64,000 nucleotides of DNA from Azolla caroliniana (GCA_043228905.1 JBHGNT010000009.1:19778001-19842000); one strand, 5' to 3'; shown: positions 38,601 to 52,860, counted from the first letter of the stretch. The notes: generated by a model not told the origin, from the sequence alone. Made by a program: numbers and translations.

Positions 38601-41600
38601 ATGGGTCTTTACAATAAAACAAACCCCAAAGGGAAAAATAGATCGATACAAGGCACAATTAGTGGCCAAGGGATATAGCCAAACATACGGCATTGATTAC
38701 GACTAGACTTTTGCACCTGTAGCAAAGATGAGCAGTGTTAGAACACTTATTTCCTTAGCAGTGAATAAGGATAGGAAATTACATCAATTAGATGTAAAAA
38801 ATGCTTTCCTTCATGGAGAGTTGATGGAGGAAGTGTACAAGGATATCCCCCCAAGTTTTGGTACAATTCAAACAATAGGTAAGGTTTGCAGACTAAGGAA
38901 GTCGCTTTATGGACTAAAGCAATCTCCTCGAGCCTAGTTCGACAGGTTAAAAAAGGGCTATGGTGGGTATGGGATACCAATAGACGAATGCAGACCCTAC
39001 AATTTTTTTTTCGACAACACAAGGAGCATATTACATTACTTGTTGTGTATGTGGATGATATAATTATCACGGGTAATGATGAAGGCGAAATTGCCCAACT
39101 GAAGGTGCAATTGGGTAAAGAGTTTGAGGTGAAGGATCTAAGATTGCGGTAGCTCGTGGAGCAAAAGGAGTTGTTCTATCTCAGCTAAAATATGTATTAG
39201 ATCTTCTCACAGAATCTGGAATGTTGGGTTGTAGGCCCGTAGCTTCTCCAATTGACCAAAAGATCAAGCTAACTGAACTTGCAAGAGAGAAAGTTGATCG
39301 TGAAAGGTATCAAAGATTGGTAGGTCGGCTGATTTATTTGACTCACACCCGTCCAGATATTTCATTTGCAGTAAGTGTGGTAAGTCACTACATGCATGAT
39401 CCGAGGAAAGATCATTTGGATGCAGTGTACCATATTCTGAGATATCTCAAAGGTGCCCCGGGGAAGGGATTGATCTTTAGAAAACATGGTCATTTTAACA
39501 TTGAGGGCTATTGTGATTCTAATTGGGCCAGATGTGGTAATGATAGGAAATCCACATCAGGATACTACATGTTTGTTGGGGGCAATCTGGTCTCTTGGAA
39601 GAGTAAGAAACAGTCAGTAGTAGCAAGGTCAATAGCCAAAGCAGAGTATAGAGCTATTGATGTAGGAGTTGCAGAGTTGTTACGGCTGAGAACTCTCCTA
39701 GTAGAACTAAAGGTAAATCAAGAAAATCAGATGATGTGGTGTGACAATAAGTCGGCAATCAGCATTGCCAACAATCCGGTACAGCACGATAGGACCAAGT
39801 ACATCAAAATCGACAGATTCTTTATCAAGGAGATGCTTGATAATGGAATATTAAAATTGAGTCATGTTTCCACTGAACATCAAGTAGCAGATTGTCTTAC
39901 AAAGGGACTTGGGCCAATAAGTCTTACTAGATTGTGTGACAAGATGGGCTTAGTGGATATTTTTCGCCCATCTTGAGGGGGAGTGTTGAGAATGATTCAA
40001 AGTTATAGCAGCTAGTTAGCTCCAACAGCTAGTTAGCCCAACGGCCAGATCTTGGCCTTTATAAAGAGAAACTTTCTCCTCATGTAAAAATAAGCGATCT
40101 CTGCATTTCCATTCTCCTGTCGTGATATATATGTATATTCTTGAGAATAAAGGTGTTTTTCTCATTTTTCTATAGCCTCCACAAATACGAGAGGAATATA
40201 AATGAGAACCAATTATTTGAAATCTATATCGTTCTAGGGCAAGAGATTATAGAGGAACACATTTAGAAGGTAGGACACAAATTTGAGGCCATGAGATTCC
40301 TTACAGTAATGGACCTATACTACATGTTTTCATGCAAATGCATGAGGTGAAATATTATGGCAACATTTGCAGACTTCAGACATCAAAGTGATGGATAATG
40401 TCATTCCAAGTCAAGCAGCATAGTCCAAAGAAATAAGAGGAAACTTACGCCATACCAAGTCAAGCAACATAATCTACAGAAACAAGAGGAGAAATACGGC
40501 ATCACAGGTCAAGCAGCATAATCCACAGAAACAAGAGTCCCACGCTATGACAAGTCAAACAGCATAGTTTTACTATATGTAGAAGTTTCTTAAAACATAT
40601 CATTTCTGCCACAAGGAGTACTGACATATCATGTCAAACGTAATGATACTCGTGAAATTGAACATCTTTTTCAGAACTCACAATACCCTTTGTTTTCGTG
40701 GTTTAGCAAAGCTAGCAACATTTGGGAGCCAGTTTTATTTCAGAAGATATGAATCAATTTGAAACCACATGAGGTTGAAAAGACAGGACTTGTTTAATCT
40801 TGTACATTTGCACTTCAAATTAATGAAGTCCAGCTAGCTTGGGGTGTTCCCAATACCAGGGCCCCAAAACAATGTTTTTGTTAATTCTTAGTTTGCAATT
40901 TGAATTATTCCAAAATGATGCTTTTGTTTTTCTCTGGTAACATTTCATCAGCAAAGAAGGTGGAGATAATGCTTTAAAAGATCATATAGGATTCTCATCA
41001 AAGTGAGATTATCATGTTGAGTATCAGAATGGGACAAAGGAAAGGACCTTGGCGACACTGGAATTCCAGTATCTTATGTTTTAACAATTCTGATTGTTAT
41101 ATGCTATACCTTCCAAGTTGAACTGTGCTGATAAACTTGACACTGCTCTATTTTGTGTCAGAAGGAGGACAAATGTGTGCATTGTGCAAACGTAGTTATA
41201 CATTCTTAGCGGCGATCAACCAACTCGACTAGTGGAAGGAATCCAAAACATCTATTTAGCATTAACTTTTCCTAGAGTTTTAACATTGTCCCAAGTACTA
41301 AATTTCAGAAAGTATTGGCAAATACATACATAGAGCTCGTAAGGACCAACCTTTTTCAAACCCGAGAATGCATCCCTCCATCTCTTTGCACCTGCTCTCT
41401 CACCCTTCACCTTTTCTATCATTGATGAACTGGAATCAGTTCCACCAGTGCTCTCATGTGCATTAGAATCATCCATCGCAGCATCAGTATTACGTGAGTT
41501 TTTACCATCTTCTGATGATGCTTCCACCTGTTTCTGATGTTCAGTTTCCTCATCCTCACTCACAGAATTATCTGTGCGAGAATCTGAACCAAAATCTTCA

Positions 41601-42253
41601 ACCCTGCTCATGTTGAAGTCTCTGATATGCCCGTTCACATAACTTTCTGACTCGTATCTAGAAAACAAATTCTCCGTCTTAAGTGTGTCAATGGTATTCT
41701 TAGGTTCAGGATCAAATGCATTTGGGTTACATTGATCTTCTGCTCCGATTGAGAAACCTGGACTTTTAGCATTTGGATGGCCATAAACATCACCTGATTC
41801 TTCAGCTTGAAGCCCTGTATGAATATTAAAAGGGTCATGTGATTCTGGGCCTGTGATGAGGAAGAAAAATCTGCATTGGATGGTTTAAGAACATATGCAT
41901 AAAGCTACCTATAACTAGATTGAATTGACTAAACCAGATAACGCTCAAACTCACTCACCATCTGAGGATTGCTGCCAACACGAGTTTGAATCCTGATTTG
42001 ATCCGTTTCCAGGATTGGAAAGTTGATTCCCAGAATTGGGGAGTTGGTTTCCGGAAATGGAAACCTCATGATAGCCTGTTGTTGCAACGGCCACAGAGAC
42101 AGCTTTCCTCATTCGGGCTGCAGAAGGTAATCGAGCTTTTGAAGTTGGTCTTTTTGGCAGAGCAGGAGGTGAATCTGTTGGTTTTTTGTTATCCAATTTA
42201 TCTATAGATGCAAGCATCTCCTCTAAACTGCTGAGACGCCTCTGAGGGACCAT
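29620..42253 (-). CDS. Myosin class VIII heavy chain, 24 coding exons
   Basis: Exons read at GT-AG junctions: 42253(or 42265)-41959, 41850-41351, 36552-36451, 36374-36207, 36122-35966, 35849-35822, 35635-35470, 35214-35154, 35010-34997, 34912-34828, 34711-34608, 34501-34363, 33362-33244, 33163-33011, 32894-32805, 32723-32646, 32546-32388, 32310-32110, 31859-31654, 31539-31401, 31314-31185, 31086-30940, 30754-30480, 30396-29620. Motifs: SSLEEML and [15 protein letters not shown] (class VIII N-terminus), [22 protein letters not shown]-loop [39 protein letters not shown] motifs, and tail [18 protein letters not shown] / F..WKKDFK.RLRETK. Confidence 0.95.
36947..40174 (+). mobile_element. Ty1/Copia (Ale-like) LTR retrotransposon, internally deleted, inside myosin VIII intron 2 (antisense to the gene)
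   Basis: 191-bp LTRs at 36947-37137 and 39984-40174 (TG...TA ends); TSD GCCTC at 36942-46 and 40175-79; PBS TGGTATCAGAGC at 37138; PPT GAGGGGGAG before 39984; protease (IDSGAS.HVTG), RT ([17 protein letters not shown]) and RNase H (WCDNKSAI) with stops and frameshifts. Confidence 0.96.
37631..37693 (+). repeat. (TGGCACA)8 heptamer expansion inside the Copia pol
   Basis: 8 perfect TGGCACA units followed by TGGCATA. Confidence 0.95.
40405..40568. repeat. ~50-bp degenerate tandem repeat x4 in myosin intron 2
   Basis: caagtcaagcagcata.tcca.agaaa.aagag repeated. Confidence 0.75.
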
Positions 42254-43212
42254 GGCGTGCTGCATTTTTTTCTCTTTCAGACAACAAAATCAGAGATTTG
42301 GTTAGATGACTGTGACGATGATGCTGCCGATATGGTGATGTATATGTATATGGTGATGATGGTATGGTATGGTGATGTCTATGAGAATTATGATTTATGA
42401 TCAAAGTTTCTGTATATCTGATATTATAAAATTATTGCATTTTGATTGTTTCGGTAGAGGACTGCAGTGAGGATTCTCTGTGAGTGTCTGTGATTTGAGT
42501 CCATCGCTAGAAAAAGAGAGGAAGGTCGGATCAAAAGACCTTTCTGTTCTTCTTCTTCTCCTCCTTCCCGAGTAGCAATCCGATTGGAAGAGAGAGGAAG
42601 AAGGGAAGGGAAGGGAAAAGGAGGATATGGTGCAGTCATCTGTTAAAGGTTGTGAAATCAGTGTTCGCTTCTGATAGACAGAGAGAGAGAGAGAGAGAGA
42701 TTTGGGAGAAGAGGATCGAACAGATGGAGGAAGGGAGGCGAGGATTTATGGATGATAATCCAGTGATAGATTTAGCTCTGTGGCTATGGCAGAAAGACGT
42801 CTGCACAGGAAAAGAAGGATTGTGGAAAGAAAAAACCCTCCAGGCGACGGGCGGAAGGATCTTTATGAAGGAGAAACAAAAGAAGAAGAATCAAAGCAGG
42901 CTGAGAATCTCTCTGTCTCTCTCTTTCTCTCTATCGTTCTTTGTCTAAAGTTCCGATGGCGGAATAATCTCTGCAACAGAGGAGGAAAGGAAGGGATATA
43001 AACAGATAGATATATAGATTATATAAACAGATAGATTAGAGAATCAGGCTGCAAGAGGAGGGGGATGAGGAAGGAGGGAAGGAGCAGAATGGTTATGACT
43101 ATGGTGGGAGAAGCAGAGATGCAGAGAGGAGAAGGCGAAAGAATGAAAGGGGTTAGGGTTGGGGTTGGGGGGAGAAGGGGAGAAGGGGAGGGGGCTTATC
43201 TGAAGGAGGAGG

Positions 43213-43395
43213 AAGAAGAAGATTTATGGAGATGGCAGGATGAAGCTCTGCGGAGAAGACGTTATTCGCAGAAGAAGAAGAAGAAGAAGAAGAAGAAGAA
43301 GAAGAAAGAAGATTTATGGCGATGGCAGGATGAAGCTCTGCAGAGAAGACCTTATCTGCAGAAGAAGAAGAAGAAGAAGAAGAAGAAGGAAAAGT
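43213..43395. repeat. ~92-bp tandem duplication with (GAA)n tails, upstream of the myosin coding region
   Basis: gaagatttatgg.gatggcaggatgaagctctgc.gagaagac.ttat..gcagaagaag occurs twice. Confidence 0.9.
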
Positions 43396-45595
43396 AGAAG
43401 AAAAATGAGAGAGAGGAGGCCGCGCGCACACGCGCACAAATATTTTTTTTGGGTGCCTTTCAAAAAATAATTAGGAATTAAAATTTTAATTTGCTTAATT
43501 AAGGAAAAAAAAAATTTGGAAACTGCTTTTTGCCTTTTGCTTTTTTGCTTTCTGCTTTCCGGAGCATGCCACCGGCTACTGCCGGTCTTCAACCCTTTTT
43601 CAAAAAATAAACAAAAAACCCAAAAAGCAAGCGAATCAATCATCTGCAGAAGCCGTTGCCAACGCCAAAATAGATAAATAATTTTTTCTTTTTCTCTTTT
43701 TTCTTTTTTCCTTCTTTTTTCCCTTCTTTTTTTCTTTTTCTTTTTTTTCTTTTTTCTTTTTTCTTTTTTCTTTTTCCTTTTTCCTTTTGGAAAAATCAAA
43801 GGAAAAAGAAATTTTAGCAAAATGAAATGTTCCACATAATTCCATATATGACCCACAAACACACACATTTTGTTCATGTGGTTGTGATTTCTGCTCCTCC
43901 CTCTAGTGCTTCCTGGTTCTCAAATGTGTGTTGAATGTGGGGGGTGGGAGTGGGGGTGTGGTGGTCGTGGCTCCTCCTCTCGATCTCTTTATCTGCTTGT
44001 CACATATTACACACATACGATCTATCACATATCGTATCGCTTGTTATCCCCCCCCCCATACACTTGTCTCAATCCATCCACGTGTGCTCCTCTAACAGCT
44101 TTGTGTGTGGGTGTCTTCTGTTTCCCTGTATTCCTTCTATTTTCTATCTAGCCTCCTCGCCTTTGTTCCTCGTGTGTCCGTCGAAAGCCCTATCGAACGA
44201 CTTGAAAATTTGTTCCTTTTTTCTTGTTCTTGTAAATAGAAATGTGTCGATTACAAAAGTTGAATTACAGTAGATGGATATACTATATCTTGTTGGCTGA
44301 CCAGAGAACTCAACGAGGGATCTAGATACATCCATCCATTGTTATGAACCTATATAGTCTCATGTCATAAAGGCTAATGCAAATGATAGATATGATGCCT
44401 TACCAGCCTACTCGAATCTCACAAGCTAGGTATTGAAGTTGCATCATGGTATCAAAATGTAATGAATTTGAAGGCATGTAAACTATGGAATGACAACATG
44501 ATAGAGGATGAATGTCAATTGCCCTTCACATGCTCGGCATATAGTGCAATTTGTTCGAGATATGATAACATATGAAGAGGGAGTGATAACTTAAGTGCCA
44601 TACTTAAGACACCGCCTAGAAGGTTGAGCTCATATGCGTATGCCTTATTCACACATAGAGTCATTGTGCTTCAATGTATGAATACACCTTTTTAGGAAGG
44701 AGACACATTTCAAGAACACGTGTATCCTCTGGTCCTGTAGGTCAAATTTGGCCTCTTATGGACAATAAAAAAAATTCTAAATTATGTCTCTCTCTCAAGA
44801 CGTGTGTACTAATGTCTCATGGGTATAATATTGGCCGTTATGGATGCTAACAAACTATTTATTTATGTCTCTCTCTAGTAATCATCTCGCCCTCATGGTA
44901 AGTTGTCACAGTCTACCAACATGTAGTAGGATGTTGGGTTTAATATAAAGTTATTAGCCTACTCGTGCAAGGCCTTGGGTTTAAGCTATTAGACCGTGAA
45001 CACGAGGCCTTGGCTTGAAACCCCAATTTTCACGCATCGTTTGTTACTTAGTATCTTTTCCCATAACTTGCTACTTGCCACCCAAAATGCAGATGTTGAG
45101 CAGATGACCTTTTAGTCTTCACAATATAACCTTACCAATTTAACTACAACTCTCTCTCTCTTTATGCATGCTAGGACCCATGCCCCTATCATACATTGTG
45201 GCATTCTTTCCATAAAACATAGCTCACACTCTCTGTGATGTGAGACATGGCATTGTGGCACACACAATGATTTTCAAATAATTCTCTAAACATGCTCATG
45301 AGTTTGAGTATCACATTTTGATACAATGATTCGCCTTCTACCATATTCATTTGCCCTTTTTCCACGCCATTGTTTCTGTACAACAAAGCTTCGTTCTCTT
45401 CAATGTGAGATACAATACTAGGGCATAGGTAACAAGACTTGCTAATTCTCCCACTTTGATATAGTGCACCACCTTTGGATCTATTCAACTTTTCTTTCGA
45501 CACATTGTCGATCTCATCTAATCCCTATATCTGTTTCTCTCACATTCATAATGTGCATTTTCAAGTCATTGGTTGCGAAAGGAATGTCAAGCAAT

Positions 45596-46930
45596 AAGTT
45601 GTTAGGGCTATTACAATTGCAATATCAAATTAACGAGTAATAAACAAGCAAGGAAAGTGCATATTGTAGTATCCAATCCCATGCAAGCCAATCAATAGTA
45701 ATAGACATTTCGATTAGGCACTTTTAGGCATGCATATTGCGTGGCTTGTTGTGCAATCTTTAATCTTTACTTGCATGATAATCAGAGTCATGCCTTAACT
45801 TCCTCATATTGGGATATATCATAAAGGCTTTTGTCCATGTTGTTATATTCTCAATTGGATATTCAGCTTACTTGTAATTTGTCATTTGACAGGGCAGGTT
45901 GTATCAGAATTTTCAAGTAGTACAAAGTCTTATTATGTTCTTTTGAATCCACCCTATTTGTACATGTCCTTGTAAATGAATATGCGTGATACCATGTGAA
46001 CGTGTTTTACTTTTGGACTTGGGTAATATTTCACCTAAAAGGATGATAAAAATCTCTCTCTTTCTCTCTCTCATGACAATCATATTAATAAATGCGTATG
46101 AAAAACATTACAATGGTATCGCAATTGAGTATGGTCACCACTACATAGGTAGTGGGACATGTTGAATTGCCAATAGGCAAGACAAACACTTCATTGAGGA
46201 ACGAATTCCTACTTGCTCCATTAAAAGAAATCGCCATAGAGCACTCCCTTCAACTTTTGTAGATATGCTTTGACTCCATCCATGCCTACCATGAAATACA
46301 AAAAAATTGCGCATATCCCAATTATGAGACAATCTCCATTATCTCATATACAGGAAAATGATCTCCATCTCTGATTGTGTGTGTGTGTGTGTCTTTATAC
46401 ACACACAACAAAAACCTTCTCGATATCTTATCAATCTATAGTCATATGCAATCTAGGCCGCAAAATGCTCTTCGATCTCTCTATTTGCAAAACTTGATCC
46501 AAAGCATGGGCTCAAATTGAATATTAATTGAATGGAAATTTGTGTCTATGTACCGCAACTCATTGGTTGTAAAGGAATGTTTACGGATAGGTTGTTGTTA
46601 GGGTTATTATTATTCAATGTCAAATTAACAAGTAACAAACTAGCAAGGGAAGTGGATAAAATCCTACGCAAACCAATCAATAGTAGGATCCTTTTCAATA
46701 GCCACTTTGGTCATGCATATTGTGTGACTAGTGTAGTATCTAAACTCCCTCAATTTGGGATATGTCATAAAGGGTTTTGTCCACGTTGTTGTCTTCTAAA
46801 TTGGATCTTCTACCTACTTGTAATTTGTCATTTGATGGGTGAGGTGTATCGATTCTTTAAAGTTGTACAAAGTCTTATCGTGTTTGTTTCACTCCATTCT
46901 TTTTGTACATGTCCTTGTGAATGAACATGG
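45596..46930. repeat. Diverged ~350-400-bp direct repeat pair (~45596-46000 and ~46590-46930)
   Basis: Shared blocks ttgggatat.tcataaagg.ttttgtcca.gttgtt, tacttgtaatttgtcatttga, tacaaagtcttat, tgtacatgtccttgt.aatgaa. Confidence 0.7.
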
Positions 46931-49900
46931 ACGATAGATGAAGTTGAAATACAAAAAAAAAAAAACAAAAAACAAATGGCATGCAAACATCATATTAGCC
47001 TAATAATATTTTATTGCAACGATGACTATAGAAACATTCACTAGTTTAACAAACTTATCGATAAAGAAAATAATATTGATCATTCTTATTGGACTGTATC
47101 AACAAAGGGATATTAGAAATATGACTTTTTGCCCAATCAAATACCCCCAAACTCAAGGCCATCATCTAGCACGAGATCCACCCATGTTCAGTACCATGGA
47201 GGAAAATAACATGTTCCTACCGTGGGAAGTGGTAAGTGCACCATGGAAGTCATATTTTAGAGTGCCTCATACCATAATGGGTTAATAAAGAATACAAAAC
47301 TGCACAATTGGCCAATAGCCTATTTATTCCAATAAACCCTAGGTTCATATGAAAGCCATAACATCAAGATTGTGGTTGTCAAGTGATCTAGAAGGTTCAT
47401 CTCACTCTTGATATGCGATTCGCCTCGTATTGTGAAATTTATTCAAGTGGTGGCTCAGAAAGGAAACTTCTCCTTTGTTTGATGGAGTTCCACGAGGCCC
47501 TTGTATGTGTATGGAAAAAGTTCCAACTTAGTAACACCTAAGGGAACACCTTTAATTGAAGTGGAAGAAAGGCATTTTTTAGCAATCATCGTGTGCATTT
47601 GTGTCTTAAACATCAAAAGAGAGTTTATGGACCTCATACACATGAGGCCCGCCAAACATAATGATAGTGATAAAAGTAAGAACTATTCAATTATCACAAA
47701 CTTGAACAAAGGCTCTCCTCAATAGAAAAACATTGAAATGGAAAAGATAATCTTGAACATTCAATGCAAATGTCTTATCCTTCAATCCACACAAAAAGTT
47801 CATGAGTTTCTTCCATACGGGGTCTCCTTCTTAACAAACTAATTTTGCAAAATAGAATTTACTCAAGCTTTATGCCATGCAATATAGCATGTTGCCTATT
47901 TACAGGACCATTTCCTTTCTCATGACAGTGCACATAGAGCGGTGCGCATCCAAATTTCTATGAATGGGTTGAAAAAGATTAATAAGAAAAGTCACAGTTA
48001 ACTTTATGATTGTCATGAATTATAATGATAAGATCTCCTCACTTATGTTGTTAACATATATTGCTATTGCATTCTATTGAGCAACAATGTATTGATGTTT
48101 TATCAAGTTGCAACTTAGGGGTACCTTAAGACATGGCCTCAACTTAAAATAGGTTGAAGAAACATGTAAGGTCAATGCATTGTCATGAGAAGTGAGCCAA
48201 CTTTTGATTTATTGAAGTTTGAGCACAATACTTCCGTGATACATTGTGATACATACACAATTGATATGTTCTATAGTAGAAAAATTCAAGTTCCAACTTG
48301 TAATTCATCTAAGTAAGGTTACATACACAAAATAATACAAGATATTGCATGTATTTTGTGAATTTCTTTTATCCTTATAATTACTGTCATCCCTAATTCA
48401 CTTTGGCTAAGTTAGCACCGCATCTTGAGGAGGCAATCTAGTCATTTTAACATCCAATATTGGACCTAAGTGTACATTCAATGAAGTTTTAGGAGTAAAT
48501 GGGAACAAAAGAAAGTGTTAGGGCTATACATATGATGCTATTGTTAGCCCCCTCTACTATGCAACTATTAAAACATTCTCAGTGATCTCATTATGTGGCA
48601 TTGAGATTTCATCTCATTTGTATGCTTTTTTATTAGTGCTAGTTAATTTGATAAGTTCTTGTTTTGGCTTGGTGCAAGTTACAAATGGGTCTCAAAACAC
48701 CCATAGTTATCGAGGAAATAAATGTACTAGATTAACTCAAGACACACACGTACATGTATTATCTATGGGATCTACCCAACAATGTCGAATCGTCAAATTT
48801 GTGAAAGCTCACATGTGCGAGAGAAAGTGCCAAATTTATTAGGCCCTTGCTCTTGTTGTGTTTTGTCAATTTTGTTATAAATGGATTGATGAGAGAGGTG
48901 TTTGTTTGGAACATTACTCATTGTGTAATGAAGTCAATCACATGTGCATGCACTAATGTATTTATTTTATGGCCATCTCCTCTACATGTACGTACTTATA
49001 TATTGGGCCTCCATCAAATAAAGGAAAAAAATTAAAAATAGTGTGAAAGAAAGTTATGAGTTCACAACCTATAAATAAACAATAAGACATTCGAGCTTAA
49101 CCCAACAAAAGCTTCACAAACTTTCATTTCATTGTACATCGTGATTATAAGTTGCGCTGCTTTGTCTATCATAAGAATATCGTTGAGTTTTTTGTCATTA
49201 TTCTTGATGCACATCATCCACATGCTCAAATCATGTCGTACGTGTATTCAAACATTAATCCACTGTGGCATATAACAATACTATGGTGTCACCCTCTTGT
49301 TAATTCTAAGATAATTTTTATAAGGTCTTTATTTTCCAAAATTGGCCACGTGCTATGGCAAAAGTAACAGAGTAACATTATAATTTCACCAAAAATCGGA
49401 GTGGTATTGGGGGAGGGTTTGGAGACCAAAGGGAATGTGTTCACTCCCTATATTATGTAGTGGCAAACTTGGATTCGGTCCAAAAGTTACATCCACGCCC
49501 ACATTATAGAGAGTATCATAAAATAAAACAAAAGCAAATTCTAACATAAACTAGGAAGTTGCACTATTTTACTAAGTTGCAATTGGAATCCAATTATATA
49601 GAGATCACATGTACAAGTAATGAGGAGGATGCAATGCACAAAAAATTTGGGATATTTGGAACAAGAATGCATTGAGATATCGATGCTCTCATAGAATGAT
49701 ATTGTCCTCTATAGATGCCATGTATGAAACACATATTCTATGTGATAAAAGAGATAAATGATAGGTGTGACACTTGCGAATTAAATCACCTAATTATAAA
49801 TAGTGTATTTTATGAACTTCTGTATAGAGGGCTCAAAATGACAATTTTGCTCTTATTGAAAATGATCCCGCCTCTCTAAAATTGTTTAAAATGCAAGACT

Positions 49901-50974
49901 TCTTTTTTATTTTATCAACAAAACAACTAGAGAAGAAGAAGAAGATTAACGATCCATGTGTGTGAATGTAAGGTGAACATAAGATGTCAATATTGGCTTT
50001 AACATACGAAGATGAGTCAAAAAAGATAAACATGCATAGCCAAATTATGTGATTAGTCAATAACACAATCAACATTGCATATAAATGCATAATGTTTACA
50101 TGCATGAGTTTTCAAATATTTCTATATATCTCCTCCATAACATTGTGAAACATTAGGTGTACTTAACTATATTATTTGTTATGGGGTTAAAATATGATAT
50201 TCGTTTTCTTTTACATAATCATGTTATCTCAGTGCAATAGGCAATATTCTTTACAAGTATACCTCATATATTTATTGAATCAATTGAAGCGCAACTACTT
50301 ACAACATGGACATCATTAACATCGACTTTTAAAAGGACAATGTTATCATTCTCACTCCGTGTATTGTGGAAAATATGACAATTTCAATGTTGTAAAACCA
50401 ACGTTTAAAGAGCAAACTTTTAGTGCAGATGAACTCAAACTAGAATCACGAAGAAGTTTTTCGTAGACATAACTTCAAGCCTTAAGCTTTTAGAGCTTTA
50501 TAATTGCACAAGTTTTTCCATCAAATCTTCATGTTTAAATACTTGAACCTTAGCATATAGAACAATAACCTAGTATACACAAGGTATAATGTATAACAAT
50601 GCTTTCTTAATTGGGCTTTACAACAAAGCATTTTTCTAACATTGATCCTTTTGTTGTAATGCATATACAAAGCGCAAGGTGAGAAACATGGATGAACTTA
50701 AATTTTTTGAGAGAAATCATAATAATTAACCTATACACATACCTACAATTTGATCTAACAAATGATTTCTTATAAGTCTTTGAGTTTGGTTTTAGATTTA
50801 AACATGATGACGGTATAGTGGCATTGATCATGTGCTTTGGGCTCATTGTTGGTTGCATGATGGGCATTGTAATTTAAGTAGGGAAATTGGCCAATTGGTA
50901 TTATAAAGTGACTATTTTATATATAAGGATCATGAAGGTCATAGTCGACCTCGTAAAGATGGGAATATATGCCA

Positions 50975-51407
50975 TTTAACAATCAACAACGGTTTGGTTT
51001 GAACAGAACCGAACCATGGGTTAACGACTTGAATGGTTCACTTTGGTTCGGTTTGGCAGGTGAATGGTTCGGTTCGGTTTTAATGGTTTGATGGTTTTTA
51101 AAATTTTAAAGCAACATTTTCATTTTTAAGCCTAATTCTCGCATTTTAGGAAAAATCTTTAAAATTTTGAAAAATTGAAAATTGAAAAAACGAAAAATTT
51201 TAAAATTTGAAATTTGAACTAAGTTAAAAACCGAAACGGAACCACAAAACTGCGGTCTTAATGGTTTAACGGTTTGAATTTTTACCTAAGGGTTCGGTTT
51301 AAACGGTTTCGTGGTTTAGTTCGGGTTTCAAGATTTTTAAACGGTTCAATTTAAACAATCCTGAACCGAACCAAACCAAACCAAACGGAACCATTGCCAA
51401 TTGTTAA
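50975..51407. mobile_element. MITE-like element with imperfect terminal inverted repeats and AAACCG/CGGTTT subterminal repeats
   Basis: ttaacaatcaacaacggtttggttt ... aaacggaaccattgccaattgttaa; many gaaccg/cggttc motifs around an AT-rich core. Confidence 0.6.
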
Positions 51408-52249
51408 TGTCATTGTAGTGATGTGGTGTGTGAAAAGGGAGAAAGAATTATAAATTAAGTTTATATAGGACTTTCATAATAAATAATGAGTTAAATTAAT
51501 AAGTTGTTTATGTTTCCTAAACGTACATCAAATTTGAGAAGAGAAATTAAAATTGAAAATCACAAAAAATAAATGTTTTACATAAGATGAATAAGAGTGA
51601 GAGGAAGAAAGAAATGGGGGAATATACATACTTGAATCTTAGTGTGGCGAGTCTTTGATCAACGATCACGTCGCCTTCTGTTGTCATAGTCCTCACACGC
51701 GCCCCTTGTGATTTGTCACTCGGTGATTTCAAATTTCAAATATTGTCGAAGCCTAGGCACTTTATTCCTAAAATAGTGAATCCAACAATCAACTCTCTTA
51801 CTCATTTTATATCATATTGGAGCTCCTTGGCTGTTAAATCTAGCGTTGCCTTTCTTAAAATACACTCGATCTTATCCTTATATGTGCGTTAGATATCAAC
51901 AAGAGCTCCATATTAAAAAGGCAATAGTTGTCATGTAAAACGGCCTTTAGAGGCCCCAACTTTAGGTTTCCCTTTTCGCCATACGTCTTCCCCTTTTGCA
52001 TCCACTAAGAGCCACATTCCTCCATGTAGTTTTTCCATGTTAATTAATCAAGATATACATGTTTTTAATCACTTAATAATGTTATCTATTTAATTGAGAC
52101 ACCTTGTATGTTACTTACGTAATAATGATGTATTGAATTAAGACAACCATATTTCTCAATGAATGTAGTGATTAGGCACGTATTAATTTAACATTAACTT
52201 AAAAAGCTTTTGAGGCTTATTTGGTAGCATGGAGTGTAGAGGTAAGTGT

Positions 52250-52860
52250 CTTTATATGTTGATGTATGAGGTAGTCTTTGCCATTGGGGAGTGATGTTCC
52301 CTATTCCCTTGACTTACCTATTTAGAAGGACTCCTTGGTGTTGTGCCATGGCAAGTACAGTGGGAGAAAAGTGTTGGAATCCAAGTTTACGAAAGGTTAA
52401 GGGTTTGGTTGAAGACGTAACAAAAAGGACATTTAATGAGATAAAATTGAAATATACAATTGGAGATAGCTTGAGTGACAAGAATTAACTACTTAAAATG
52501 ATGAGGTGAAGGGTTCGAACCTTGTTAGAACCTCTAAAGGGAAAGTATGTGCAATAATGAGACAACAACCAAAATGAAGTGGATACGGAGATATTGATAG
52601 ACATTTTCCTTGCACTAGGTGCCCTTGGTAAGATAAGGATAGGTGCATGCTTGGAAAGGAACAGGAACAATGCATGTTAAAGGAGGCACTACTATTTTTA
52701 TATGGTATAGGAGCTCCAAAATGCCGTAAAAGGAGCAAGAAAACTCATTATTGGGGCCCATCACTTGGGATTTGCAGTAGAAGCTTTTCAAAAATTCGGT
52801 TTTACATAGGAAAGCAAACCTAAAGGTGCGTTGGGAACCAACAAGAAGTGGCAACATGGC
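52250..52860 (+). mobile_element. Possible degenerate non-LTR (LINE) RT C-terminal relic
   Basis: Remnants such as TYL...CWNP.L.KVK and KGKVCA...SGYGDID resemble post-RT LINE motifs; many stops. Confidence 0.3.

Noticed and set aside
43065-43877. Lys/Arg/Glu-rich ORFs upstream of myosin
   Set aside because: Produced by (GAA)n and poly-T/C tracts and a local duplication; no domain content.
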